Assembly: GCA_036172245.1 (NCBI GenBank)
Contig: JAYWIR010000019.1
Coordinates: 3,534,001 to 3,598,000, forward strand
Source of the DNA: Raillietiella orientalis
Taxonomy: Eukaryota
Length of the DNA stretch: 64,000 bases
Direction: 5' to 3'
Below are positions 10,901-22,736 of the stretch, piece after piece. The notes under the pieces are model-generated. The model worked only from the letters and a program-made list of their open reading frames with translations, was not told the DNA's origin and did no database searches. The position numbers were made by a program, and so were the translations under genes. Every line of letters starts with the position of its first letter. The stretch's first letter is position 1.

Positions 10901-12419
10901 GATTGCAGGGTCCTTCATGCACAGTAAGGATCCAGAGCTGGAGTGTGCATGGGTGTCGGGAAGAGTGTCTTCCAGCAGAATCAGTTTTTCAAGTTTCTAT
11001 GACTGCAAAGCAGTAGATGGAGAGAGTCATTCTAGGGACAACTCTTGCATACAGAATGTTTGTGCACTGTATACCTCCATTAGTGTTTTGTTCCTCACGT
11101 TCTTGGGATGAGAATGGAACTTTTAGCAGGAGCGACAGCTACTGGAGAACTAATTCTTGTCTTCCTCTTGTCCACAAATCAAGTCTGCATTCGGGAACAT
11201 TCCTCTGTACTCAGTTCAGCCGAGAGCGATTTTATGGTATTCCAGGAAAGCTACCACTGCTTATAGGATCTTCCTAGTAGCTAGTAGAGATTTCCAGAAC
11301 TCATTCCTTCGCTGTCGATATCCTCGGATAGCTGGGCTTTCCGTGCACAGCAAGGAACAGTGCTTCCTGGCATTCCAAGGGAGAATGTTTTTTTTATGCA
11401 GGAGCTAAGAAGAGTTTTGCCCATTAGAAAACCTGAGCCCAATTCATGAAGTACGTTTGCATAATGAGATCTCTTTGCGCCAGCTATCCTTTTGGTCTCT
11501 TGTTGCCCGCAGAGATTCGATGAAATGAGAAACCAGAAGTTACTTGCCACGGAAGTTGCATTCTAGCCATGCCCCCTTCCCAGTCAGGTGCGAGGATTCC
11601 TGTTCTCATTTTCCTTTTTCATCCGAGTTTCCTGTATGAGTACTCTTGTTATTAACCGCTGGGTTCGACGGATAGGGCACTCACGACTGCACGAGAACAC
11701 GGTTCCTGAAGGATCTGCATGCTCTGGATAAACGAAACCATTTGGACGATTCTCCACCAAATGCAGCAGTTTCTGTAGCAGACGGACGGATCCCACATCG
11801 AGATTCTAGCTAGGAATGCGCTGTACAATCGAATCACGTATTCATATCCTTTATTTTTTTCTTTTGTTTGAATGAGCTTTTTACTAGCCTGCTGCTGTTG
11901 ACCTTTCTGCTTAAAAAAAGGATGCGATTTCTGTCCTTATCTTCGTTCTGGATTCGTAGATCAATCAGTGTCATGGTACTGCCTCTTCCGTCTTTCCATC
12001 ACGATCGTTGCATGTACTCCTAGATAACTTATTCCTTGGAGTCTTCTGCTTTTGCTTCCTCGGTTGCATAGGAGTGGTTGCGATTCTTTTGTCCACCCCT
12101 TCTGTAGAACTTCCGCTTTTGATACTGCTGTCCTTGGAATTAAATAACTTCCTTCTTGTCTTCTCAAGATGCTCTCCTGATAAAACTCATACTGCTCGAT
12201 ATCTCTTTCCTTCCAGACCCATTTCCAAGATATTTGATGGGCTCTTCATGGTGGGCATCTCATAAACTCGTATTTTGGGACTTTCAGCATCTGATATTGA
12301 ATCACCGTTTTTTCTTCCCCATACCATTCATCTTCTTGTATTTCGTTAGTAGCTTCCCTCTAAAATTAGCAATCTTGCGTGCTCTTAAATAATCAAAAAA
12401 GCGCCTGATGCGTTTCCGT

Positions 12420-12700
12420 TCATTTTTCAGCTCGGTACTTGGAGGCTGAATTCACGAATAGTGCTGGGCAATACCAATGGAGCAGCAATGTTGTGCAAAG
12501 AATATTTACAAAATGTGAAAGGAAGCTGGAAAACTGTTGGTTGATATTGACGTTGATGGCGAAGGGCCCCGTCCCACTTTCAACTTGTATCTCAGAATTC
12601 GTAGGCATCAAGTTGCGAAGCAACAAACCTGCTCTTCTTTCTCACATACACGCCCACGCACTTATTTTTCTGGCACCATTAATTTTGCTGCACGCTTTTC
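12420..12700 (-). mobile_element. LINE RT remnant
   Basis: EIQVESGTGPFAINVNINQQFSSFLSHFVNI resembles the RT motif S..FxVxxGVxQGxxLSPxLF. Confidence 0.3.
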
Positions 12701-14322
12701 GTATTTTCCATCCGTGGACTCGCTTCCAACACAGTCCTGCGGAACTGGGATCCCTCGCTGCATTGACTTCCCGCTGGTCAGAAGATTTTTTTTTTATCGT
12801 TCTTTTTGCCCACCTTGATGGATGAACTGCCTGCGTTGAAGGCGTCGAGGTAGCCTTTTCAACACGTCACGTTTCGCGTCGCAAAAGCCACATGGGAAGA
12901 GCAGATGATTCAAGATTTCCGGAATCAGATGACTGAGCAGTATTTACACGGGGAGATCATCGAAAGATTTGCTTCACTCCTAGAGGAGAGAAGCTCGCAA
13001 CCTTACTGCCTGGCAATTGGTTGTTTTGATGGAGCACCAAGTTGGTGTTTCTAGCAGTCAGCGTACTCCTCGTCGAGTTTTGCCGTTGGAATCGGAGATG
13101 CTTAAGGGTGCTTAAGGATGCTTAAGGCGCAAGAATCCTTTTTCCGCTTTGAGATCCAAAAACTTACCTTGGTGCTGCAGCAACCTGAGAGCCTGTTTCA
13201 CAGATCGTCTTTAACACGTATCGAAGTTCAAGATCTGTAACATGAATGTGCCGAGGTCCTGAAACCATCCGATTAACAGCGGAGGAAACATCGCTGCCTC
13301 ATATTCTTCATTATTTACGTGAGAAACACGGAAGTACTTGATTTTTCAAAACTTCCTTTCTCCTGAAGACGAAGCTAAAAATAACTCCCACTAGAGCGAT
13401 CAGGAGGAGAATAACTTCATCAGTGAAACGTCACAGTCCTCAGATAATCGGAAATGCACTCAACGAGGGTAACCTTTTACTCGAAGATCCGCTATGAGCA
13501 CCTTCAGATAAAATAGATTTTGAAGAAATTAGAATCCTTCCAAAAAAAAAAAAAATTGGCACGCAGTTCCGGAACCCAACTGACGACTTGTTAGAGCTTG
13601 TAATTTAGCCGGATTAGCTGAAGAACAAAATCTAGTTTTTCAGGGGGAAACAGGAGATGCCTGCAAAAGATAGGGAAGAATCAATTATGTGCACTCGGCA
13701 GAGCGTGAGGTTTGTCGGTGTGAATCAGTCTTTCGTGCTTTTTTCCAAGCGCCTTCCCCTTCAAATCCAAGGAGTAGCTACTTTTATTTTAAACCACTCC
13801 ATTTTGATTTGAAATTTGTAATGATTCTGTGATAGGAAAAAAAGACTGATGTGATGAAAAAAAAAATTCATTTTGAATGAGAATTCATTCTTTCCAGAGA
13901 ATCCGTCCTCTTCCTCAATGGTTTTCCGAAAGTACTTTCGCTCCACCTGCGTCTTGAGATGTTTGCTTTTCCTATTCCTGCTACAGTCGTCGAGTTGCCA
14001 GAAGCATCGCTTCTTTTTTTTTGTGTTTCCGAAAAAATGCGAGCAAAACAAAAAACGAAAGCAAAGAGCTGAAGCATTAAATCAAATCTTTGGGAACGAT
14101 TGCATTCATGAGAAGGAAAAGGGAAGAAACTCTTTCTCGCGTACCCCGTAGAATGCCAGGAGATCTCCAAGAACGAGGGTGGATGCAAAAATTTTCGGCC
14201 TCAGAATTCGGCAGAGCGTTTCCATGGCGCAAGTGCAAGAAACTTCCTTTTCACATCCCTGTCTCCTCCTTGCAGGGCTTCACTCAAATTTCCTACATAC
14301 TGAAAAGGGTACTTGCATCAAA

Positions 14323-14342
14323 ACACACACACACACACACAC
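14323..14342. repeat. (AC)10 microsatellite
   Basis: Direct reading. Confidence 0.9.
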
Positions 14343-15759
14343 GAACGGAAAACACAGGGTGCGTGTTTTCTGTCCAGCAACACGATCCTGTTAATTTGTG
14401 AAAGCAGCGCAGGCAAGCCACACACGCACACACAAGTCGAGTATTTTTCGAGCGCGAATTTCGGAAGCAGGTCCTAGAAATCCCTAAAATAACGGGAGCA
14501 GAGCGAACAGACTCCTTAAGGAGAAAATTCCTTCTGATCTGCAGGGCCTGGCCTCCTGGAATGGCGCTCGGAAGGTTTCGTCTGAAACAGCCCTGTTCGT
14601 GTTTGGGGGCTCATGGAGGAGAGAAAGGAAATCCATCCGTCTTGCCATGGTGAACGGAAAACTTGCGTCATCAGCGTATGACGAATTGCATCTCTTTCAT
14701 CCGAGCATTCGTGGTCGCTTTCCGGGATTTTCAACGAAATTGGTCCCTTCCTTTGGTCTTCTTGGGATGTTCCGACTGGGTTGTTTTGGTAGGTCTAATT
14801 CCCATCAGGACAAGGATCTAGGAAAGCTGGTTTGGGGCAGCATATGGCCAGGTACCTATGGAAAGATAAGCTCGCGAATAATCAAAAAAAATAAAATTAC
14901 GGCCCTATCTTCGTCCCCTCTATCACGAAGACTGCAGCATCCACAGGACATACATTTGGGGATTTCGTGCGATTTCCCAGGCTCTTGTCTCTCGAAATGA
15001 TAGAGTTCAAGGAACTTCGTCTCGAGAGACAGTGAGTTAACAGAGCCGGAGTCTCCCCTTGGAACACACATATCTTGTACCTGATTATTTTTTTATGCCA
15101 CTTACATGCCTATGCTAGCCTCAGGAACTGACTTACTAACACTCCTTTTGTGATTTCTAAGGGGAGGAGATGAAGATGAGGAGGCTCGTCGAAGAAGAGT
15201 TACCGGAACACCACTCTGAACGTGCTGCTGCTTGTGCGCGTGGATCTATAATTTATCCTTGAATTGGTTTCCTTTTCATAAAGCGCCAGATACAGAACGA
15301 TTTCCATAACCTGCAGTCTGCTTGGTCATGACTTACAATGTACACCCGAGTGTATAGGCTCCGACAGTCTGCGCGCATCTGGCACATCGCTAAGTGCTTG
15401 CAGTCTTCAGTTGATAAACATCCAGTCTCTCGTGCTTTACTGGTTCGGGAAAAGCACCCATTCACTGATCCAGATGCCTGCAGAAAAGGTTGTTTTTCTT
15501 TTTTTGTTTCGATTTCGGGAAGAAGAAGAAATCAAATGAAGGAGGCGATGAGCGAAAATTCCTCGCCTTGAAGAGCACGCAGAATTGGAAAACAAGGCGA
15601 GCTTCATGCGAAGCCAGCGAGAAGCGAACGACTCATTTCGCTTGATTTGATGATGCCATGTGCTGATCATCCATCCATTCGGACACTGGAAGCGTTCCAC
15701 TCTCCCCCCTTTCCCTGCACCATAAAGCAGACGGAAACCCGTTTGTCCTCGCACTCCAT

Positions 15760-15890
15760 GAGTCACATTCCTCATGAGTCTCTCTATCCTCCCAGAGCCT
15801 GGGGATTTCTCAGCGTCGCCATTTTTGACCCGCTGGGCATCCAGCAATTCTCTGAAGACAACATGGTGGTCGAGAGCTGCAGGAGCTGCT
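15760..15890 (+). mobile_element. Possible BEL/Pao peptidase-A17-region remnant
   Basis: RAWGFLSVAIFDPLGI resembles the BEL/Pao motif KRxxLSxxASIFDPLG; a single motif only. Confidence 0.3.
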
Positions 15891-16899
15891 GAGGCGAAAC
15901 TGTTCGCCTTCGGTGCCCTCGAATGGCCGTCGCTCAAGCAACAGCATTTAGGCTCTGCTGTCAGAACGAGCTCCAGGATGTGGGGAAGTGAATCGTTCGC
16001 AGGGGTCGCGGGAGTTCACCCTTCGTAGAAATGACATGCCCAGAAATCAGCAAGTTTTTCTTGCCTTTGAAGTGCCTGAGCGCCAAGATGAATCGTCTGC
16101 AACGAGGGAGAAAGTGAGCGCCTGACCAGATGGAGGAATCGATCGCCAAATTTTGCAAGATCGGAAAGCAACGGGAATCTTCGCATCCAGAGCCAGTCCT
16201 GGCAGGAGCTCTCGACGGCCAAAGGGGAACGTGCTAGGAAATGGCTGTGGGGAATCCCTCTGGAGCAGGAGAAAGAAAGAGATAACCCGCTCGCGAGGCA
16301 CGTGCTTACAGCCCCACGCACGAGGGTCACCTCTGACCTTCCGAACAGCCAGTCGGGTGCCGCTCGGATTCTCAGGAATCAGGTCGCACCTCACCCAAAG
16401 TCCACCTTCGCCTCGCGATTCTGCCGCTGGGGTTTCGTGGTGAGAGCTGCTGGATGTCAGAGTGATGCGGTTGTAGAGCGCGAGTGTCAGGGGGCATGTG
16501 GCAGCACCTACGTCACTGCGCAACGTCAAAAATGCACGCGTGCCGCCGCCACACACATGCCGTTTCGCTGGTGCCGTCTTGGTGATAACTGTCCGCGACC
16601 AGCGATGAAAAAGCAGAGCAGCATTTTCCAGCGGTCTGCGGAAGAGTCAGGAGGTGACCTTCAATGAAGTCACTCATGCAGAGGTATTCTCGAAACTTAA
16701 AGGAACGGAGCATAACACATCTGCTAGGTCTCGAAGAGTACTACTGACCTACTGAAATGGGCGAATGACAGCGACGAAAAGATCCTCAAGGCAAACGATT
16801 CTTGAATCCCCTCGAATTTCTTCATTACCAGTAGGGGGAGGGGGGGAGCTTACTGGTTGTCTCACTCTTTGCGGACTTGCACGCCTGGGTGGCTTCCTG

Positions 16900-17860
16900 G
16901 ATTTTTTTCCCGTTTTCCGACCGAGGATTTCTCACATCGCCCCCGAGAGAGATCTTCCGGTTTTCTAGTGTCACTGCCCAATCACCTTCAAGGGGTTCCT
17001 CGCCTTCCCTTTTTAATTGCTCCCCCAAACATGGTGCGAAATCCTTAGCTTGGTTTCGACAACGCCGTGCTCGTAACCAGATTCGTATCGATCGCGACAG
17101 CATCCGGGCATCTTTCCTTTCAAAAAGACCAAAGAAGCGAGCATCAGTGAGTCTGGAATAGATGTCAGGAAAAGGAGTGTTTGAGAATGATTCCAATAAT
17201 AGCATTTTGCTCAGTGCACCTACTCGAGGAAGAGTAAAGAGGCAATCAAGTAAAAGGCAAAGTACACTAGAGAAAGGCCTGGAGATGCAATCACTTCCTT
17301 TGTCATTGTGTATCCTACGCAGTAACAAGAGGGGGCAGATTCCTCACGCGCACCAAACACGCTGATTGGTTGGTCGAGGCTCGTGTACATGACGGTGGAA
17401 ACAAGAGAGGTCATCCCGCTTCCCTTAGCGGGCCTCATCAGCTCCTTCTCGTCCTTCAAGTTCCGGTCGGGTGGATCCTCCTTGATTTTACTACCGGTCA
17501 AGTACGCTTTTTTCCAGAACGTTTGCCACCCCGCTGTGCGCCCCTGAAGGCGCTCCCGATAACGGACCACGAGAAACATGGCGGAGCTTTCCCCAACACT
17601 ATTGAAGAGTCAAACTACCTCGGATGCCCGTGAAGGATCCGAGTTGGTGGATCCCCGTCCGTATCTTTCAGAGCTTCTCATGAGCTTCATTCCAGGAGTT
17701 CCCTTCTCCCCATTTCCTTATCCAATGCTAAATTCTCTTTTTAGTATATTTACTTGGTCTTTTGCAAACTGTCACTCCTGCACTAAGCTCGGTACACTGA
17801 CCGAGCTGGCGCACATTCCGGAAGTAGGTCTTCTCTCTCGGAAGAGTTGGTCTGTTTAAC
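16900..17860 (-). mobile_element. Gypsy-type LTR retrotransposon integrase remnant
   Basis: In order on the minus strand: LVQEWQ..ILKRE; GHP..KAPPCFSW (HHCC region); RPAKGSG..TVMYTS (GPL..G..VDYxS); RRIHNDKGSDCISRPFSSVLCLL (PxxIHSDQG.F.S..F..LC). Confidence 0.55.
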
Positions 17861-18423
17861 ACCCCATAGGATTAAGGTTTCGAACAGCGATAGAGAATGC
17901 TTGAAAGAATACTGAATGTACACAAGGTGTGCTTGAGGTCACGTGAGCCATTCACGACATGTTCCCCTCGTTCGCGATCGCGCGTGAGACGGTTCCAGCA
18001 AGGAGCAAAGAGCGAACCTTCAGAGTGACCAACCTCGTGGTACTCGGAGTCACCTGTCGTTGGCACAGCCGATTCCTACTGTGTTGCAGACGCTGTAACG
18101 GAAGACGCATCAGAGACGAAGCGGACAACCCTGATGAATCTTTCCTTTGCGTTTCGCGGCAGCGGTCTTAGACTTTTCAAGAGGGTGCTGTCCGGATGAT
18201 GACCGTCGGTTTCCACGTATCAGGCCGGAGGGTGAGCCAATGTGAGAATCGCATCGAGGCAGAGGCATCGTCCGCGTGCAAAGAAGTGGGGATGAGCACA
18301 GATCCGTTCCCTACCAAGAGCATGCTCTGTTCATCGGACCCATTCAAACGGCGAAGTGCAGCACCTGTGCAGCGCCGATCCAAATCCCGGAGGCCGAAAT
18401 CTCGAAAGATCTTACAAAACAGA

Positions 18424-19190
18424 TACATCCATCCCTCCATTTACGCGGTACTTTTTATATGCGGCCTCTGACAGCGTTAGCCTTATTTTTCGTAAAGAGA
18501 TGAATAACCCAACACGCAGCAAGTAACCTACTTTTTATCGAGATGCTTATATTTATTACTTTCATTCCATGAATGTTTAACTGATGTTCAATCATACGGG
18601 GGAAGAGAAAGTCGAGAAAGTCTTTGGATTAAAATGAAAATGGAAATTTTTCATCGGCTCGAAAAGTACTAGAAGCAGCCTGCCATCTCCATCTGTAGCA
18701 AGCTTAACGTGCTCTTTTACAAGAAAACCCTATGACAGAGAATGTGGAGAAGGCACTGATGATCTGGATTGAAGACAGTACTCAAAAAACAAAATACTTA
18801 TGAGCAGTTATATGATGAGACAGAAAGCCCTGGATACTTGTACCCGTTTAAGGAAGTAGGCTTCAGCATCTGATAAAGGGGAATTGGATTTCTCAGCCAG
18901 TAAAAAGCTGGTTTGAGAGATTAAAAAAAAAAAAAGATATTCATCACTCAACCTTGAATTCGAAAGCGAGGCTGCGTCTGCAGATAAAGCTGCAGCTGAA
19001 GAATTGCTAGGATGCCACAAAATTGGAAAGTCTATTCCAGATATTGATCCAAACGTTCAACGAGCCTCGAAATTTCAAAAAGATTTTTTTTAAAAAAAAA
19101 GGTTGCAGCGAACATCAGGCAATTTACGGCATCTTAGCAAAAGATGAGTTATCGAAAATTCATTCAGAAACACAAACACTAATGGTGCAA
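18424..19190 (+). mobile_element. Tigger/pogo DNA transposon, internally deleted non-autonomous relic
   Basis: TA followed by TIR-like catccatccctccatttacgcgg at 18424; psq-like RKSRKSL..KMEIFHRLE; CENP-B HTH MTENVEKALMIWIEDSTQK..RQKAL..DFSAS..WFER..ESEAASADKAAAEE (18732-19009); then directly the C-terminal DPNVQRASKF. No DDE domain. Confidence 0.8.
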
Positions 19191-19250
19191 ATAAAGAAAA
19201 ACTGAATTATGGTGCAGATTCCGACACTGAATAAAACCTATTTTGGTTTT

Positions 19251-19311
19251 CGTTCGGTACTCGTGACGAGTTCCGGAACGGATGGCCGACGAGTACCGCG
19301 GTACGACCGTA
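19251..19311 (-). mobile_element. Solo Tigger/pogo-type terminal inverted repeat
   Basis: Reverse complement reads TA-cggtcgtaccgcggtactcgtcggccatccgttccggaa, resembling pogo/Tigger MITE termini (TA-CAGTxxxxCCTCGG..ATCCGTTCC). It does not pair with the end at 18424. Confidence 0.45.
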
Positions 19312-19331
19312 CAAGTGCTTGTTGCCATCGT

Positions 19332-19520
19332 TGGTGGTGCCGTGTGTCTGCAGTCCCCTCCGCACGTGTACCAAGAGTTGCGGGTTCGAATCCCCATGTG
19401 GAGAATCTACACCGAGAAATGGGTGCGTCGTGGGTTTCGAGGCCCCTCCCCCCCTTCACCGCATGGCGACGCCTGTTGGCCTGTTGGCTTCAGGTGCGGC
19501 ACCGGTAAAAGCCGGTACCC
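19332..19520 (+). mobile_element. Possible tRNA-derived SINE head
   Basis: Consensus Pol III B box ggttcgaatcc at 19383-19393, with a weak A-box-like tggtgccgtgtg at 19335; no cloverleaf. Confidence 0.4.
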
Positions 19521-20040
19521 CTGTCAACCGGCTGGGATTGGAATTCGACCCTCCGGGATCCTTCCGGGAATCAAGCAGCACTTCGGGATTCTCCTTCCGG
19601 TTGTGAGAGTGGCGCCGACCCCCTCCCCCCCTTCCTTTTCATCGAAGGGGCGTCTCCACTGCACACCATGTAGCTGCTGGGTTGGTACCTCTCCAGAGCG
19701 TGAAGAAGTGTGATGCTCCCTTTGGGAAGCGATCCTTCAGAGAAAATCTGGAAGTGTTCTTCAGAGGAGTCTTCTGGAAGTCTTCTCTTCAGAGGAGGAG
19801 AAACAGGGAGCAGCCCTCTCCGGGAAGAGGCTCCTCCGAACAAGGAAGAACGACGGTATTGTCCTTCGTCCTCGTCCTTGTATTGTCCTTGATCTTCGGG
19901 GTTCCCTTCGGAGACAACCAGGGCGAGGGTTCCCTTCCAAGAGTGAGGGAGGAACGAACTCCTCCCCCAGAGCCTTTCTGGATTCATTGGGTGGTCCCTC
20001 ATGGGGCACCCTCTAAGAGTTGACACGCACCCCCGGGTGG
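19520..20040 (-). mobile_element. L1/Tx1-like RT remnant, paralog of 4300-4830
   Basis: FLPHSWKGTLALVVSEGNPEDQGQY..QYRRSSL (LPxSW..LIxKxG..NYRPISL), QIFSEGSLPKGSI, SRKDPGGSNSNP. Shares nucleotide blocks with 4300-4830, e.g. gggattggaa(a/t)tcgaccctccggg and ctggattcattgg. Confidence 0.6.
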
Positions 20041-21599
20041 CATGGTCAGTGTTTATACACATATATTTATGAAGATGAATGTACAAATTCACTTTGGCAG
20101 GCAAATTTATTAACATTTTATCAATGTTCTTATTAATATAATTAATGATATACATTTTAATATATCTAGTTTATTATATCTATCATTAGCATGTAAAGAT
20201 GATAAAAAAATATATATACTTTTATTAGATATATTAATATGTATTTATAAATACGTATTTAATGAATATATGGCTATCGAATTATAAGAAATGAAGAATA
20301 ATGATTACAATTAAAATAGTGGAGAAAAATAAAACACATACTATTTTTTATAATCTTCATAATATATGTTAATCTACATAATAAGCGCCTGTATTTATTT
20401 TTCAAGACCTTTCGAGATTTCGGCATTTGGGATTCCGACGGGTCGGGGTTTCGAACCGAGCCCGCGCCTATGACGCCGACCAGGCAGTCGAGCGCCCGGG
20501 AGGTCACGTCCACCCGTGTTTTTTCACTCCCCCTCATCCCTTCCGCCGTGCAGGATGGACCATGCATTGCTTTGTGGTTGGTCGAATGGCCGCCTCCACT
20601 GTTTTGCTCCTCGAACAGGGACCCGCGCGTCTTCTCACTCCCGTGCATCCAAGCTCTTGCAACTGCTTCGCTCATGCTCATGAATCCGAAGGAGCGAAGG
20701 AGAGAGAGAGAGAAAGAGAGGGGGGGAGGGCAAAAAAACCAAAACGGGGAATCATCCGCCTGGATGGGCGCATTCTTTCAGACGAGGCGATATTTAAGAG
20801 CAGCTACGTGGCCGGAGGTTGCTCTACCTCTCAAGGAAGAAACCAAAAGGATGCTTCCAGCTAGATCTCGTTACCACGGACGTCGACTGAGTGGTTGGGT
20901 GAGCTGTCGGATGACCGTGGTCTGAGGGACACAGCAAGGGTCTGTTGAACCTGACCGTTGCTTGCGGCACAGTCGGTCGAGGCAAAGCACCCCTGAAATC
21001 TGTTCCTCATCAGCGCAGGCACTCAATAACCGACGCAAACGTGGTGGACGATAGTCGACGGCTGTTTGTCGAGATGCGTTTCAAGTCCTCCTGCAAATCC
21101 TCTTGCCAGAACAGATTATTGATCTGTTTGTGGGACGAACGCCTTCACGCCACGAACATCCCCGGTTCCAGGCAGAGGGATTCCGAGAGCAGAGTCGAAC
21201 TGAGTACCTAGACGTGGTATCTTGCAGGGAAATAAAAAAAAAAAAAAAATAGCGCGTGTGGGTTGTTGATCTTCAAGAAGAAAACGTTCGAAACACAATT
21301 AGAAGGAGAAACTCTCTTGGAAGAAGAAACGCTGCATCTTTTCTTCATAGGGGGCGTTCCTATCTCTTAATAGGTCTCAATTTTCTACCCTACTTGCTTA
21401 GGTGAGATCCCACTGAAGGGATCGACGCGTGCCCTTCTCACAGGAGATTTACGTAGATGAGCGAGAAAGCACCCAGACCCAACTTTGCAGGGTGCATTGG
21501 ACCGAATTGTCCTGGAAGGACACATGCAGGTCATCTCTTCTGAGTGCACTGGGAAAGAGACCTAAGATAATCAATATGCAGACACATTGAAAGATCAGA

Positions 21600-22400
21600 T
21601 ATTGAGGGTGGAAAATGGGCTTGGTGCCGGAAGTTTTCAAAAAGCTCCGAGTCACTGAGAGCATGTCGAGACTTGGAATTCCCTCTCCCCCCCTCCCATC
21701 TTGGGAATGTGTGGTAGAATGAGCGGGAAGTACGATTGGGAGCGGAAAGCTGTGGCAGTTTTGCGCACCTGTAGTAGATGACTTCTTATTTCTCTTGGTT
21801 TCGGCTCTACGAAACGTGCCGATGAAGAGGCGTGCGTCTCCACGTTGGTCGCGCGCCCCGGAGGTACGGATCTCCTCGCCGAAGAGCGGTCGCAGATGTA
21901 TCGCGGAGCCGCAGACTCTGATCACATCTTCGCATGCGTTTCGCAAAGCAGACCGTTGTGTTCGCGAATTCAGCTTTCGCAGCAAGCCCTGAACGTGTTT
22001 TTCCATCATCGGACCTGCTTTTGTGGGAGAAGATGCCTTCAGAGGAGATGCTTTTTCATCCTGCTTATTGATTCCGTTCCCTCAATACGTGAGATGTGCT
22101 ACACCCCCACATTACTTTGACTACCTTTCACAGTTTGCAGCTCCACAAATTGTCAGTCTGAGAGTGCTGATGGTTCAATCTCCAGTTGGTCCAGCATGTC
22201 TCTTAAGTCAAAGAGCCCTAACCCACAGACTCGGAAGCAGAGCAGCGGTACGTTGCTTGATCTCATTTCTGCATCCTCTCTGACCAAAAGACTTGAAGAC
22301 AGACACAGAAAGATGGATGCGAGAACTTCAGCTGCAGCATGGCGTTCTCCAAGGATGTCTGCTTTCCCACAGGAACATGACGCATACTTAAGAGGCATGC
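21600..22400 (-). mobile_element. Non-LTR retrotransposon RT/thumb remnant (R2/RTE-like)
   Basis: LPAHSTTHSQDGRGGEGIPSL resembles LP......H...GGLGIxSL, preceded by weak YLG- and ADD-like motifs. Confidence 0.3.
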
Positions 22401-22578
22401 GTCAGTAAAATCTCTATAACTCGTCAGCGAAACGTCAGGATGCTAGAGGCCACAGATGAAAGCTAAAGTAGCAACCATTAGAATTCGTGTCCATTACTGA
22501 GTTTTGGAGTGTCTCCGGGTAAGATACTAGATGAACGTTCGAGATATGCATGTTACATAAATGGAACTGCATATTCTA

Positions 22579-22736
22579 CGAGGCGCATCTCAAAAGCAAG
22601 GGCGGATCGGACATAAAGGAAGAACAAATAAGAGAAACAAAAATGTATGAGTGTTTCGAACCACTCATACGTTTTTGTTTCCCTTTGTTGTTCTTTCTTT
22701 CTATCCGATCGGTCCTGATGTTTGAGATGCGCCTCG
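22579..22736. mobile_element. Foldback MITE, Tc1/mariner type (158 bp, palindromic along its whole length)
   Basis: Ends cgaggcgcatctcaaa..tttgagatgcgcctcg are perfect 16-bp TIRs; the arms stay complementary to the centre (aaacaaaaatgtatgagtg / cactcatacgtttttgttt). TA on the left, TG (mutated TA) on the right. Confidence 0.85.

Noticed and set aside
13099..13127. Three tandem copies of tgcttaagg(g/a)
   Set aside because: Short slippage duplication with no further structure.
19332..19400. tRNA gene
   Set aside because: Only the B box is good; no acceptor stem or cloverleaf.
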